NCBI GenBank assembly: GCA_964587855.1
Contig: CAZPLT010000004.1
Span: 1-52,827 of the forward strand
Direction of reading: 5' to 3'
DNA: 52,827 nucleotides
Origin: an uncultured Muribaculaceae bacterium
GTDB taxonomy: Bacteria > Pseudomonadota > Alphaproteobacteria > Rs-D84
The position numbers were made by a program, and so were the translations under genes. The notes beneath the pieces are model-generated. The model was not told the origin of the DNA. It saw only the letters and a list, made by a program, of their open reading frames with translations, and made no database searches. Shown here piece by piece: positions 43,463-51,597 of the stretch (its first letter is position 1; every line of letters starts with the position of its first letter).

Positions 43463-45748
43463 ATGAAAAAAATCATATCTTTGGCTTTTTGCCTTTTACC
43501 TTTTGTTGCGGCGTCTGCTGCGACAATTTTACGTGTTGATGTTACCGGTAACAAACGTATGGACGCCGAATCCGTTCGCTTACTGGCGGATGTTAAAACA
43601 GGTGTAAATATAAATTCCGAGGATATAAATCAAATCGTAAAACGGTTGCAACAATCTGGGTATTTTTCGGCTGTTTCCGCAAAAATGGACGGAAATGTAT
43701 TGAAAATTAATATTACCGAAGCGCCAACAATTGCCCAGGTTACTGTCGAGGGTAACGATGAAATATCAACCGAAGATTTGAAAAAAGAAATCCAGGTAAA
43801 AGAACGCGGAACATTTGATGAAACCGAAATTGGCGCGGATGTTCAAAGATTGTTAACTGTCTATCAGCGCAAGGGTTTTTTTGGTACTCGGGTAAACCCA
43901 CAAAAAATACAGCAAGAAGATGGTCGTGTTAATGTTGTATATGAAATAAAAGAAGGTCATCCAACCTATATTAAAGATATAAAATTCAAGGGTAATGATA
44001 ATTTTTCATCACGCACACTGGGTAAAGAATTATTGTCGCGCGAGCATGCTTGGTGGAAATTTATGGCTCAGTTCGATGTTTATGACGAGGACCGAATTCA
44101 ATATGATGCGCAAATGATACGTCAATTTTATCTGCGCAATGGATATGCAGATGTCCAGGTAAGAATTCAAAATGGTACATTTACTCCTGATCGTGAATAT
44201 TACTCGGTAGTATTTGATGTTCAAGAAGGTAAAAGATATAAATTTGGTGAATTAAAAATAGAAAATCCATTCAAAGATGTTGATGATAAAGATTTGAAAG
44301 ATGTTTTAGAAATGAGAGCAGGCGATATTTATAATGTGGATAAAGTAGATTCAACAATTTCAGCATTACGTGGTGTGGTTGCATTCCAAGGATATTCTTT
44401 TATAAATGTTGATACAATTCCTGAAAAAAATGATACTGATCGTACAATCTCTATGACCTTTAAGATTCAAAAAACGAATCGTATTTATTTAGACAGTATA
44501 AATATACTTGGGAATGTCAGAACTTTTGACAGCGTAATTGAACATCAATTAGATGTTCGCGGGGGGGATCCATTTTCTTTGCAAACTATAGAAGCCGGGC
44601 GTCAAAGAATGATGCGTTCCAGATATTATAAAGATGTTCAAATGGTTCCAACACGCATTTCTGGAACAAACCTGATGAATTTGGATGTAAAAGTAGAAGA
44701 ACAACCCACTGGTGAACTTTCTGGTGGTGTTGGTTGGTCCAGTATTAATGGATTTATGGTTGACGCTGGAATTACCGAAACTAATTTTATGGGTCGTGGT
44801 CAAATGGTTCAATTAAAGGGCAGTATTGCACAATATACCAAACAGGTTTCGTTGGGCTTTACTGAACCTTATTTGTTTGGGCGTGAATTGTCCGGAGGAT
44901 TTGATGTAAATTATACAATGTATAATTATGGCAGCTTGGGCAGCTATGGTTATGATCGTGATAGCCTTTCATTGTCTGGTCGTTTGGGTTGGAAGCTGAC
45001 CGATCATTGGACCCAAATGATGCGTTTGTCTGCAATGTATGATCAAAACTATGATTTACATACGGCCAGCGGTTGGCAACAAGCAAGTTTATATACACTG
45101 GGAACAACTTTTAAATATCAAAATCTGGATACGGATTTTAAACAAAATACGCATACTGGTATAGTTGCAAATCTTGGCGTTGCTTATACAGGTTTCGGAG
45201 TTAGTACAGAGACATTTATGCGTTATAGTGGAGATATTACAGGATTATTAAATTTCTTTGAGAACAGATGGCAATTGAAATCTAGTTTGGAATTTGGTTA
45301 TGCACAGCCACTGGAAGGGGATTATATCAGCCGAGTATATCGTTATTTCTTGGGGGGTGAATCTTTGCGCGGATTCCAAATTGCTGGTATAGGATCACGT
45401 AACTGGGCATATCGTAATTATGCGCTGGGGGGGCTATGGAAAGCAAATGGTAGTACTCAATTAAACTTCCCTGTATTTATACCTGATGAATACCAGGTCA
45501 AAGGATTTGTATTTGCGGATTATGGTGTTGTTGGTAAACCACCAAAAGAAGAATATACATATACATTAAGTGGTACTTCGGTAACCAGTGATAACTTTAT
45601 AGATCAAGATTTGCGAACCAGTGTTGGTGTTGGTGTTTTCTGGAATACACCGATGGGACCTATGAATTTCTCGTGGGGTTGGCCGTTAAAGATAAATGAA
45701 TATGACCGAGAACAAAGATTCTTGTTATCGTTTGAAACTCAGTTTTAA
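43463..45748 (+). CDS. bamA: outer membrane protein assembly factor BamA
   Basis: Signal peptide, POTRA repeats and a C-terminal Omp85 barrel ending in F (FLLSFETQF). Confidence 0.95.
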   Translation: MKKIISLAFCLLPFVAASAATILRVDVTGNKRMDAESVRLLADVKTGVNINSEDINQIVKRLQQSGYFSAVSAKMDGNVLKINITEAPTIAQVTVEGNDEISTEDLKKEIQVKERGTFDETEIGADVQRLLTVYQRKGFFGTRVNPQKIQQEDGRVNVVYEIKEGHPTYIKDIKFKGNDNFSSRTLGKELLSREHAWWKFMAQFDVYDEDRIQYDAQMIRQFYLRNGYADVQVRIQNGTFTPDREYYSVVFDVQEGKRYKFGELKIENPFKDVDDKDLKDVLEMRAGDIYNVDKVDSTISALRGVVAFQGYSFINVDTIPEKNDTDRTISMTFKIQKTNRIYLDSINILGNVRTFDSVIEHQLDVRGGDPFSLQTIEAGRQRMMRSRYYKDVQMVPTRISGTNLMNLDVKVEEQPTGELSGGVGWSSINGFMVDAGITETNFMGRGQMVQLKGSIAQYTKQVSLGFTEPYLFGRELSGGFDVNYTMYNYGSLGSYGYDRDSLSLSGRLGWKLTDHWTQMMRLSAMYDQNYDLHTASGWQQASLYTLGTTFKYQNLDTDFKQNTHTGIVANLGVAYTGFGVSTETFMRYSGDITGLLNFFENRWQLKSSLEFGYAQPLEGDYISRVYRYFLGGESLRGFQIAGIGSRNWAYRNYALGGLWKANGSTQLNFPVFIPDEYQVKGFVFADYGVVGKPPKEEYTYTLSGTSVTSDNFIDQDLRTSVGVGVFWNTPMGPMNFSWGWPLKINEYDREQRFLLSFETQF

Positions 45749-46233
45749 TTGTTTCTGCAAGAACGTAAATTATAGTTTATAATTTCTTGTTTTGCAGCAT
45801 TTAACATATTTTGTTCAGCTAAGTTTAAGTTTGCCATGGATAATATACCAATAATTTTTTCAGCTGATTTTACATTGTTTTCACTGGGGATAATCGGATG
45901 ATTTTCAGGCTGTGGTACTTCTGGGCCTTTAATATCTTTTATCTTGTCAAAACATAAAGAAAACAATTCTATTTCCTCTGGGGTTTTTGGTCCACCGCTT
46001 TCTATTATTTTTATAAAAAAGTCCATATAATTTTCATATTTTTTCATAAAAACCTTATGCTTTCTGGTAAAAGAATGTATTATTTTGGTCGCTATTGCTA
46101 GATCTTTTTTTATAGGACGAGTTCTTGTAAAGTAATTATATGAAATTGCATTATCTTGTTTAGCAATAGAAAGCCACGCTTTCAGCATTGAAGGAAATAA
46201 TTTACCATTAAAAAAATATGGTTTTTTTGACAT
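45745..46233 (-). CDS. hypothetical protein (AT-rich, cytoplasmic)
   Basis: Long ORF convergent with bamA (4-nt overlap). No signal peptide and no family recognised. Confidence 0.5.
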   Translation of the reverse strand: MSKKPYFFNGKLFPSMLKAWLSIAKQDNAISYNYFTRTRPIKKDLAIATKIIHSFTRKHKVFMKKYENYMDFFIKIIESGGPKTPEEIELFSLCFDKIKDIKGPEVPQPENHPIIPSENNVKSAEKIIGILSMANLNLAEQNMLNAAKQEIINYNLRSCRNN

Positions 46234-46310
46234 AATTAAGACTAATTTTATATACTAAAGTTATTATTGTCAATATATTTTATAGTTTAATAAATTTCTT
46301 TGCTTTACGC

Positions 46311-46340
46311 TTGACGCAATGCTTAGAAATTCACTATAAT
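46311..46340 (+). promoter_or_regulatory. sigma70-like promoter (TTGACG-18-TATAAT)
   Basis: Hexamers read directly, 25 nt before RBS AAAGGTGGG and ATG 46366. Confidence 0.5.
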
Positions 46341-46365
46341 TTTTATAAAAGAAAAAGGTGGGAAA

Positions 46366-46512
46366 ATGAAAAAAATTCTTTTGGGCTTATTGGTAGTTTT
46401 TGCGTTGGCCGGGTGCGGACAGGTTTATGATCGTGAACCCGTTGGTGTCGGATTTGATAACAACGAATTAAAATTGTCCCCTTGCGCGTGTATGCAGGTT
46501 TATAGGGCATAA
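46366..46512 (+). CDS. 48-aa lipoprotein, VirB7-like candidate
   Basis: Not in the track (<60 aa): MKKILLGLLVVFALAG|CGQVYDREPVGVGFDNNELKLSPCACMQVYRA. It has a lipobox and a strong RBS. It sits immediately upstream of two VirB8-like genes and has free Cys in the mature part. Confidence 0.55.
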   Translation: MKKILLGLLVVFALAGCGQVYDREPVGVGFDNNELKLSPCACMQVYRA

Positions 46513-46528
46513 CAGATAAGATAACATC

Positions 46529-47212
46529 ATGGATTTTCCGGCAGATTATGATACAAGAATGTTCCCGGAGACACGCTATCTTTCAATGGCGCGGATGTTT
46601 GCTATTTGGTCTGCAGTATTATTTTTTTTAATAGTAGGGCTTTCTTGGACTTTGGTTTGGACCATGCGTGCCAGTCGAACTGAACCTGTTTTATTTTCAA
46701 TATCTGATGATGGAACAACTTGGACAGCTATTATTGGTGGGGATACACGTTTAAAATATTCTGCTATGCGTGTTATGCAAGAATCAGTGGTTGTAAATTT
46801 CACACAGCTTTGGTTTAAAATTTCTAACGATGCAAAAGAAAACGAAGAAAATTGGTGCAAATGTGATCCTGCAAAATGTTGGAGTAATGAATTAGCCCCA
46901 GTGAGATGTAATATTTGTTGTGCATCTGGCGAAAGTTTATTTACCAATTTTTCAGAAGTTGTAAACAATGATTTTCGTGTACGTGCGACAGCTGGTGAAG
47001 AATGGTCAGTAATTCCAGAAACAATTCATGCAGTACCAGTTGGTGTAATTTCAGACAAGGGTGGGCTTTGGTCTTTAACTGCAAGCATTAATATGGGTGG
47101 CGGTAAAATACAAAATATAGAAGCATATGCTAAAATAACGAAATCAGAGCAAGGTTATCCTGCAACTTTGAGATATTATGTTGAAGATTTCAATGCATAT
47201 CCGGCGGAATAA
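46529..47212 (+). CDS. VirB8-like bitopic membrane protein, divergent (no NPxG)
   Basis: Cytoplasmic N-terminus, one TM (MFAIWSAVLFFLIVGLSWTLVW) and a periplasmic part of about 180 aa. C-terminal GYPATLRYYVEDF aligns with ADPATILRFRVLEV of the next gene and with KNPLGLQVSEYRIE of the canonical VirB8 at 19455..20117. Confidence 0.5.
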   Translation: MDFPADYDTRMFPETRYLSMARMFAIWSAVLFFLIVGLSWTLVWTMRASRTEPVLFSISDDGTTWTAIIGGDTRLKYSAMRVMQESVVVNFTQLWFKISNDAKENEENWCKCDPAKCWSNELAPVRCNICCASGESLFTNFSEVVNNDFRVRATAGEEWSVIPETIHAVPVGVISDKGGLWSLTASINMGGGKIQNIEAYAKITKSEQGYPATLRYYVEDFNAYPAE

Positions 47213-47862
47213 TGAAAAAATTAACGATATTTTTATTTGGAAGTTTTTTACTGGTTATCGCGGCTGGTCTGGCAATTATTGGTGCAAAGATTTTTGATGT
47301 CAGTCGTAACTTTTCCGTAAATTCGGTTATATTTCAACCTGCAGATTTATCCAGGGATAGAATTGAAAAACCTTTACCACTGCATGTTTTATCAGATGAT
47401 TTTATACGCGACAATTTGATAAAAAAATTTGTTTATGAATATTTTTATATAGTTCCAGATTCTGGCAATATAAAAAAACGCAGAATGCCGCGCAGTACTC
47501 TGGCAGAGATGTCAAGCGAATCAGTATTTAATCAGTGGAATAACGATTTCGCAAAAGATATGGAAAAGCAAGCAGATGAAAATGTTATGCGGCGTGTATT
47601 TGTAAAAAGCATCGTTCTGCCGCCCAGCAGTGAATATTTTCAAATAACTTATGATTTGCTGACATGGAATATTGCAAACGATATTAAGGCTGCACCGCAA
47701 ATTCAAAAAAACAAAACAATGTCTATTAGATTGAATTTTGAAAAAATGGTGAAACAAAAACAAGCAAATGGAATAAATTTCGATGTAAAAAAGTATTTGT
47801 CGAATGGTGCAGATCCTGCTACGATTCTAAGGTTCAGAGTATTAGAAGTCATAGTTAAATAA
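47212..47862 (+). CDS. VirB8-like bitopic membrane protein, divergent (no NPxG)
   Basis: N-terminal TM. LPLHVLSDDFIRDNLIKKFVYEYFYI parallels LPVNDKTLTDYKENFIKEYIRARNEI of the canonical VirB8. TAATG overlap with the upstream gene. Confidence 0.55.
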   Translation: MKKLTIFLFGSFLLVIAAGLAIIGAKIFDVSRNFSVNSVIFQPADLSRDRIEKPLPLHVLSDDFIRDNLIKKFVYEYFYIVPDSGNIKKRRMPRSTLAEMSSESVFNQWNNDFAKDMEKQADENVMRRVFVKSIVLPPSSEYFQITYDLLTWNIANDIKAAPQIQKNKTMSIRLNFEKMVKQKQANGINFDVKKYLSNGADPATILRFRVLEVIVK

Positions 47863-47872
47863 GGAAAAATAA

Positions 47873-48739
47873 GTGAAAAAAAATAAAAAGTCTTTTTTAT
47901 ATAAATCGATAAAGCTTTCACTAGCAGTTTGTTTTATGCTTTTTCATATTTTTGCTGTATCAACTTTTTATAATACAGCGTGGGCGGACGAAGAAAAAGA
48001 TCCATTTATTATTGATGCAGAAATGGGCACAGATTCTAAATTACCGAATGCAACAATTTCTGACCCAGAGCCTGTTGAATTTGACAGTACTCCATTGGTA
48101 TTGAACGATGGTGCCGGGTATTATGCTATTTCTAATTTTGATATTTCTGGAATTTATTTGGGTATGCCATTTGAAGATGTTCAAACTTTATTTTTCAAAA
48201 AACAGTCTTTATATGTTCCACGTAAAAAAAATTCCATAATTTTTACTTTGACCAGTGATTGGCGTGTAAATCTAGATTATGAATGTACCCAACAGGGAAT
48301 ATATGTTCCGTCTGAACTGGAAAAATGCATCTTGTCTGCTGCTCGTAAACGTGGATTATTATATCCAGCAGAATTACATTTGGTACGTGAATCAACCGGG
48401 GAAACCATAGATATTTATTTTACAAGCAATGCGACCGAGAATGTTGTTTGGCGTGTTGTTTATAAAAATGATGTTAATGATATGCCAGGATCTGCGGAAA
48501 AATATTCTCAGCAACGTGATAATAAAATAATAGTATTTTGGCAGGAAGTTGTTGGAAAATATGGTCAGCCAAACAGTGGCAATGATAAATGGGTATCCAG
48601 TAATAATTCGTTTGACCCGATGTTAACGGCATATTATGGAATGCTGGAATTAACAGCCCAAGGAATAATGGCAACAGATACGGCCAAGAACGCTTCTGAT
48701 GCACGTGAAAATTTCCGGGCAAAACCTTATGCTTTCTAA
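47873..48739 (+). CDS. exported/membrane-anchored hypothetical protein (288 aa)
   Basis: GTG start after RBS AAGGAAA. N-terminal hydrophobic segment LSLAVCFMLFHIFAVSTF. No family recognised. Same operon-like string as the VirB8-like genes. Confidence 0.6.
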   Translation: MKKNKKSFLYKSIKLSLAVCFMLFHIFAVSTFYNTAWADEEKDPFIIDAEMGTDSKLPNATISDPEPVEFDSTPLVLNDGAGYYAISNFDISGIYLGMPFEDVQTLFFKKQSLYVPRKKNSIIFTLTSDWRVNLDYECTQQGIYVPSELEKCILSAARKRGLLYPAELHLVRESTGETIDIYFTSNATENVVWRVVYKNDVNDMPGSAEKYSQQRDNKIIVFWQEVVGKYGQPNSGNDKWVSSNNSFDPMLTAYYGMLELTAQGIMATDTAKNASDARENFRAKPYAF

Positions 48740-49079
48740 AAATACTTATCAGGCTGGTCTTTTTGCAGAATTTTTAGCGCGTATTTATTTACGCATTCAT
48801 GGATTCAAAATTTTAAAATCCAGATATATAACTGGAAAGTATACCAAGCGCGCAGAAATAGATATAATCGCACGACGTGGAAATTTGGTTGTTTTTATAG
48901 AGGTTAAAAACAGACCGGATATTCGCACAGCATTTGATGCAATTGGTCATACTCAGGCATTAAGATTAAGACGTGCTGCCGAGACATGGATTGTAAAAAA
49001 TCGTTGGAATGGGGACGCCAGATTTGATGTAATTGTTGTGACCGGCTTGCATGTTAAATGGTTCAAAAACGGGATATAA
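48729..49079 (+). CDS. yraN: YraN-family (UPF0102) endonuclease-like protein
   Basis: YQAGLFAEFLARIYLRIHGFKILKSRY...EIDIIARRGNLVVFIEVKNR is the typical YraN core. Confidence 0.8.
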   Translation: MLSKNTYQAGLFAEFLARIYLRIHGFKILKSRYITGKYTKRAEIDIIARRGNLVVFIEVKNRPDIRTAFDAIGHTQALRLRRAAETWIVKNRWNGDARFDVIVVTGLHVKWFKNGI

Positions 49080-49080
49080 T

Positions 49081-49515
49081 ATGAAGGCATTAACGCTTTG
49101 GCAACCTTTTGCCCAGGCAATAGCATTAGGGCTGAAAAAGTATGAAACTCGTTCTTGGGCAACTCGGCATCGTGGTCGTTTGGCGATTCATTGCTCGGTA
49201 AAGTCATTAGGAAAAGAATACAAAAAGTTGGCGGATAAATACGGAATAACCGACAAATTGGAATATGAAAAGATAATTGTAATTTGTGATCTGGTCGATT
49301 GTATTTTAATGACAGAGGAGTTTATAAAACAGCAAACACAAACAGAACGAGACTTTGGTGATTGGCGCGTGGGGAGATTCGCTTGGGAGTTTAAAATTAT
49401 CAAAATTTTACAAAATCCAGTTTTAACAAAAGGATATCAAGGTTTATGGAATACAGATTTGTTCCCAGACATGGAAGATACGCCAAAATCTCAACAAATA
49501 AAAATGAATTTTTAA
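49081..49515 (+). CDS. ASCH-domain protein
   Basis: MKALTLWQPFAQAIALGLKKYETRSW...GRLAIH is the typical ASCH/PUA-like N-terminal pattern. Confidence 0.7.
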   Translation: MKALTLWQPFAQAIALGLKKYETRSWATRHRGRLAIHCSVKSLGKEYKKLADKYGITDKLEYEKIIVICDLVDCILMTEEFIKQQTQTERDFGDWRVGRFAWEFKIIKILQNPVLTKGYQGLWNTDLFPDMEDTPKSQQIKMNF

Positions 49516-49604
49516 CCTATAAAAAAAAGATTCCATATATAGATATTTAGTTTATAATAGCTTTGTTCTGCAAACGCAGTTCTTATTAAACAAGGAGTAA
49601 ACAA

Positions 49605-49754
49605 ATGAAAAAAGCAATATTATTGGGCTTTGCAGTTTTAACATTGGCTGCTTGCACTGGTTCTTATAAATCTGGAAATTGTCAGTATGATTTCTTGCTG
49701 CATAAAGATATTTCTATTTCCAAAATTATTGGTAACGCAACTGGCGGATGCTAA
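49605..49754 (+). CDS. 49-aa cysteine-containing lipoprotein
   Basis: Not in the track: MKKAILLGFAVLTLAA|CTGSYKSGNCQYDFLLHKDISISKIIGNATGGC. RBS AAGGAG, a lipobox and a terminator directly after. Confidence 0.5.
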   Translation: MKKAILLGFAVLTLAACTGSYKSGNCQYDFLLHKDISISKIIGNATGGC

Positions 49755-49769
49755 TAAAAAGAAAATAAG

Positions 49770-49795
49770 ACGCGGCGTTTGCCGCGTTTTATTTT
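49770..49795. terminator. bidirectional terminator
   Basis: ACGCGGC-GTTT-GCCGCGT followed by TTTTATTTT. It overlaps the 3' end of the convergent minus-strand ORF. Confidence 0.65.
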
Positions 49796-50049
49796 ATAAC
49801 TGCTGATTTTATCAGCGACAAATCTTCTTTTATTCCATCTATCTTTAATTGTAATTGTCCAATACCAGATTCCAAAATGGTGGTTCTGTTTTCAAGCGCG
49901 GTTATTCGTGCATCAGATTTTTTAATATCGTCTATATCCGAAGATTGTCGGGCTGCCCACCAAATTACTCCACCAATAAAAGCCAATAAAAACCAACTGC
50001 TGCGCAGAGTTTCCATTATTCCATTTTTATCCATTTTTACCCCGTTCAA
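49789..50049 (-). CDS. small membrane protein with C-terminal coiled coil (phage-associated; holin/spanin-like guess)
   Basis: One TM (WFLLAFIGGVIWWAA) followed by a heptad-like region. Lies in the phage-derived block. The start is uncertain (50049, 50034 or 50016). Confidence 0.5.
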   Translation of the reverse strand: MNGVKMDKNGIMETLRSSWFLLAFIGGVIWWAARQSSDIDDIKKSDARITALENRTTILESGIGQLQLKIDGIKEDLSLIKSAVIK

Positions 50050-50224
50050 TTAAAGTTTCAATTTGATGTACCAATGCTCGCCCGGCTTCCAAAGAGCGCA
50101 ATTCTGCATCGGTTGCATTTGGTCCTAAAAATCGTTCGATGGTTATATTGCGCAAGTGCATCAAAACACGTGCGCCATCATTTGTGCAAAAAGCTCGCGC
50201 AAAAGATTTTTCTATGTCTTTCAT
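50027..50224 (-). CDS. small phage-associated protein (Bbp19-like, tentative)
   Basis: FCTNDGARVLMHLRN...ELRSLEAGRALVHQIETLI resembles, from memory, a small domain common in alphaproteobacterial prophages. Weak call. Confidence 0.4.
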   Translation of the reverse strand: MKDIEKSFARAFCTNDGARVLMHLRNITIERFLGPNATDAELRSLEAGRALVHQIETLIERGKNG

Positions 50225-50254
50225 TTTTATTTCCTTTTGTGATAGAATTTATTT

Positions 50255-50644
50255 ATGAAAAAATTATTTTTAGTTTTTCCGATTCTTTGCGCATGTGTAG
50301 AAACACAACCAATCCTTACTAATAATTCTAATTTTATTGGGGATTGGTATTTGAACAAAGATAGTAATAATTATGATGGAAAAATGATTATAAAAAATTG
50401 CAATGAATCGCAGTGTGAATTTAACATGCATTCATCAAAAAATAATCATACTTGCGATGCGGACGGAATTATGAAATTTTCTGACGATGACAAAGCCCAG
50501 TATTATTTTAAGTATTTTGATGCAAGTATTATATTTTCACTAACGCCAGATAAAAATATGAATGTGCATTATGGTAATACACATTCATATTCTGCATTTT
50601 GCGGAATGAATGCAACGATAGAAGGAGTTTGGATGAAAGATTAA
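50255..50644 (+). CDS. AT-rich putative lipoprotein, unknown function
   Basis: MKKLFLVFPILCA|C lipobox-like start and several Cys. No family recognised. Confidence 0.5.
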   Translation: MKKLFLVFPILCACVETQPILTNNSNFIGDWYLNKDSNNYDGKMIIKNCNESQCEFNMHSSKNNHTCDADGIMKFSDDDKAQYYFKYFDASIIFSLTPDKNMNVHYGNTHSYSAFCGMNATIEGVWMKD

Positions 50645-50674
50645 TATTTCATAGTTCTGCTGGTCCATCCATTT

Positions 50675-51070
50675 TTATTTTCTTTTAAAGTAAAACTTGC
50701 ATCCATCTAAGTTTTGATACAGGGTGTCTGGTAATATAAAATAAAAACTTTCTATAACTTTTTTATCTTTTTTTATAGTCAATTTATATTCTTCGTTGTA
50801 TTTAATTTCTTTCATGTTAATAATAACATTATCAGTTTCTATCATAGAATGATTTATATTATTTATTTTACAAAATTTATCTAAAGTAAGTTTTAACACA
50901 GAATTTGTATATAACTTTTCAGCGGTATTTTCGCAATCTGTCGTAATATATCCATCATATTCAAATTTATCAAAATACCATTTCCCGCAAAATTCACATG
51001 GCTGACTTGTTTTTTTTACGCAACCAGTTAGGGCAAAAAATATCAATAATAATAAAAATAATTTTTTCAT
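50675..51070 (-). CDS. AT-rich lipoprotein co-translated with the lysozyme gene
   Basis: MKKLFLLLLIFFALTG|C lipobox. Its start overlaps the lysozyme stop (ATGA). Confidence 0.6.
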   Translation of the reverse strand: MKKLFLLLLIFFALTGCVKKTSQPCEFCGKWYFDKFEYDGYITTDCENTAEKLYTNSVLKLTLDKFCKINNINHSMIETDNVIINMKEIKYNEEYKLTIKKDKKVIESFYFILPDTLYQNLDGCKFYFKRK

Positions 51071-51567
51071 CTTTTTATTTTATATATTCCATATTCAAAT
51101 ATATTCCAATCATCTTTTCTGCGATTAACAAGCCCATAATTTGTTTCTATTTTTTTTGTTTTCGGATTATATGTTTTATTAAATGCTTTGAATGCGGATT
51201 CCATATTTGGGTAATTTTCACTTATAAAATCGTCATTATTTAAATATAGTAATAATGTAGAATTTGAAAAATTACTCTCTCCGACATTGTATATGAAAGA
51301 TGCTAATGCGTCAAATTGTTTCTGAGTCAAATTCCTGGTTACAAGTTTTTTAATAACGTTTTCTACTTTATTTAAATCTTTTTCAAATAATCTTATAGAT
51401 TCAGGTTTTGAAATTGAATTAAAGTTTTCTCCATTTTTTATAACATGTCCATATCCAATGGTCATTTTTCCTGTTCCATCATCATACGGTTTGGGTTCAA
51501 AACGTTCATACTGTCTTATATATTTTTGCCCTTTACTGCTGGTATGCATATTTTTTGGATTTTGCAT
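51067..51567 (-). CDS. phage-type lysozyme (glycoside hydrolase family 24)
   Basis: IRQYERFEPKPYDDGTGKMTIGYGH (E...D...T triad spacing), FDALASFIYNVG and VNRRKDDWNIF are the typical GH24 endolysin pattern. Confidence 0.85.
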   Translation of the reverse strand: MQNPKNMHTSSKGQKYIRQYERFEPKPYDDGTGKMTIGYGHVIKNGENFNSISKPESIRLFEKDLNKVENVIKKLVTRNLTQKQFDALASFIYNVGESNFSNSTLLLYLNNDDFISENYPNMESAFKAFNKTYNPKTKKIETNYGLVNRRKDDWNIFEYGIYKIKR

Positions 51568-51597
51568 TTTTTCTTCTCTTTTTGTAAATATATTTTT

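Noticed and set aside
46529-47862. Whether the two adjacent VirB8-like genes, the OmpA-like lipoprotein at 8202 and the B8-B9-B10 order indicate a Dot/Icm (type IVB: DotK-DotJ-DotI-DotH-DotG) system.
   Set aside because: The 19455 protein has the VirB8 NPLG motif, and the 17954 protein shows clear VirB9/TrbG N- and C-domain patterns rather than DotH features. No other Dot/Icm-specific genes are present. The type IVA (rvh-like) interpretation is kept, though a profile search should confirm it.
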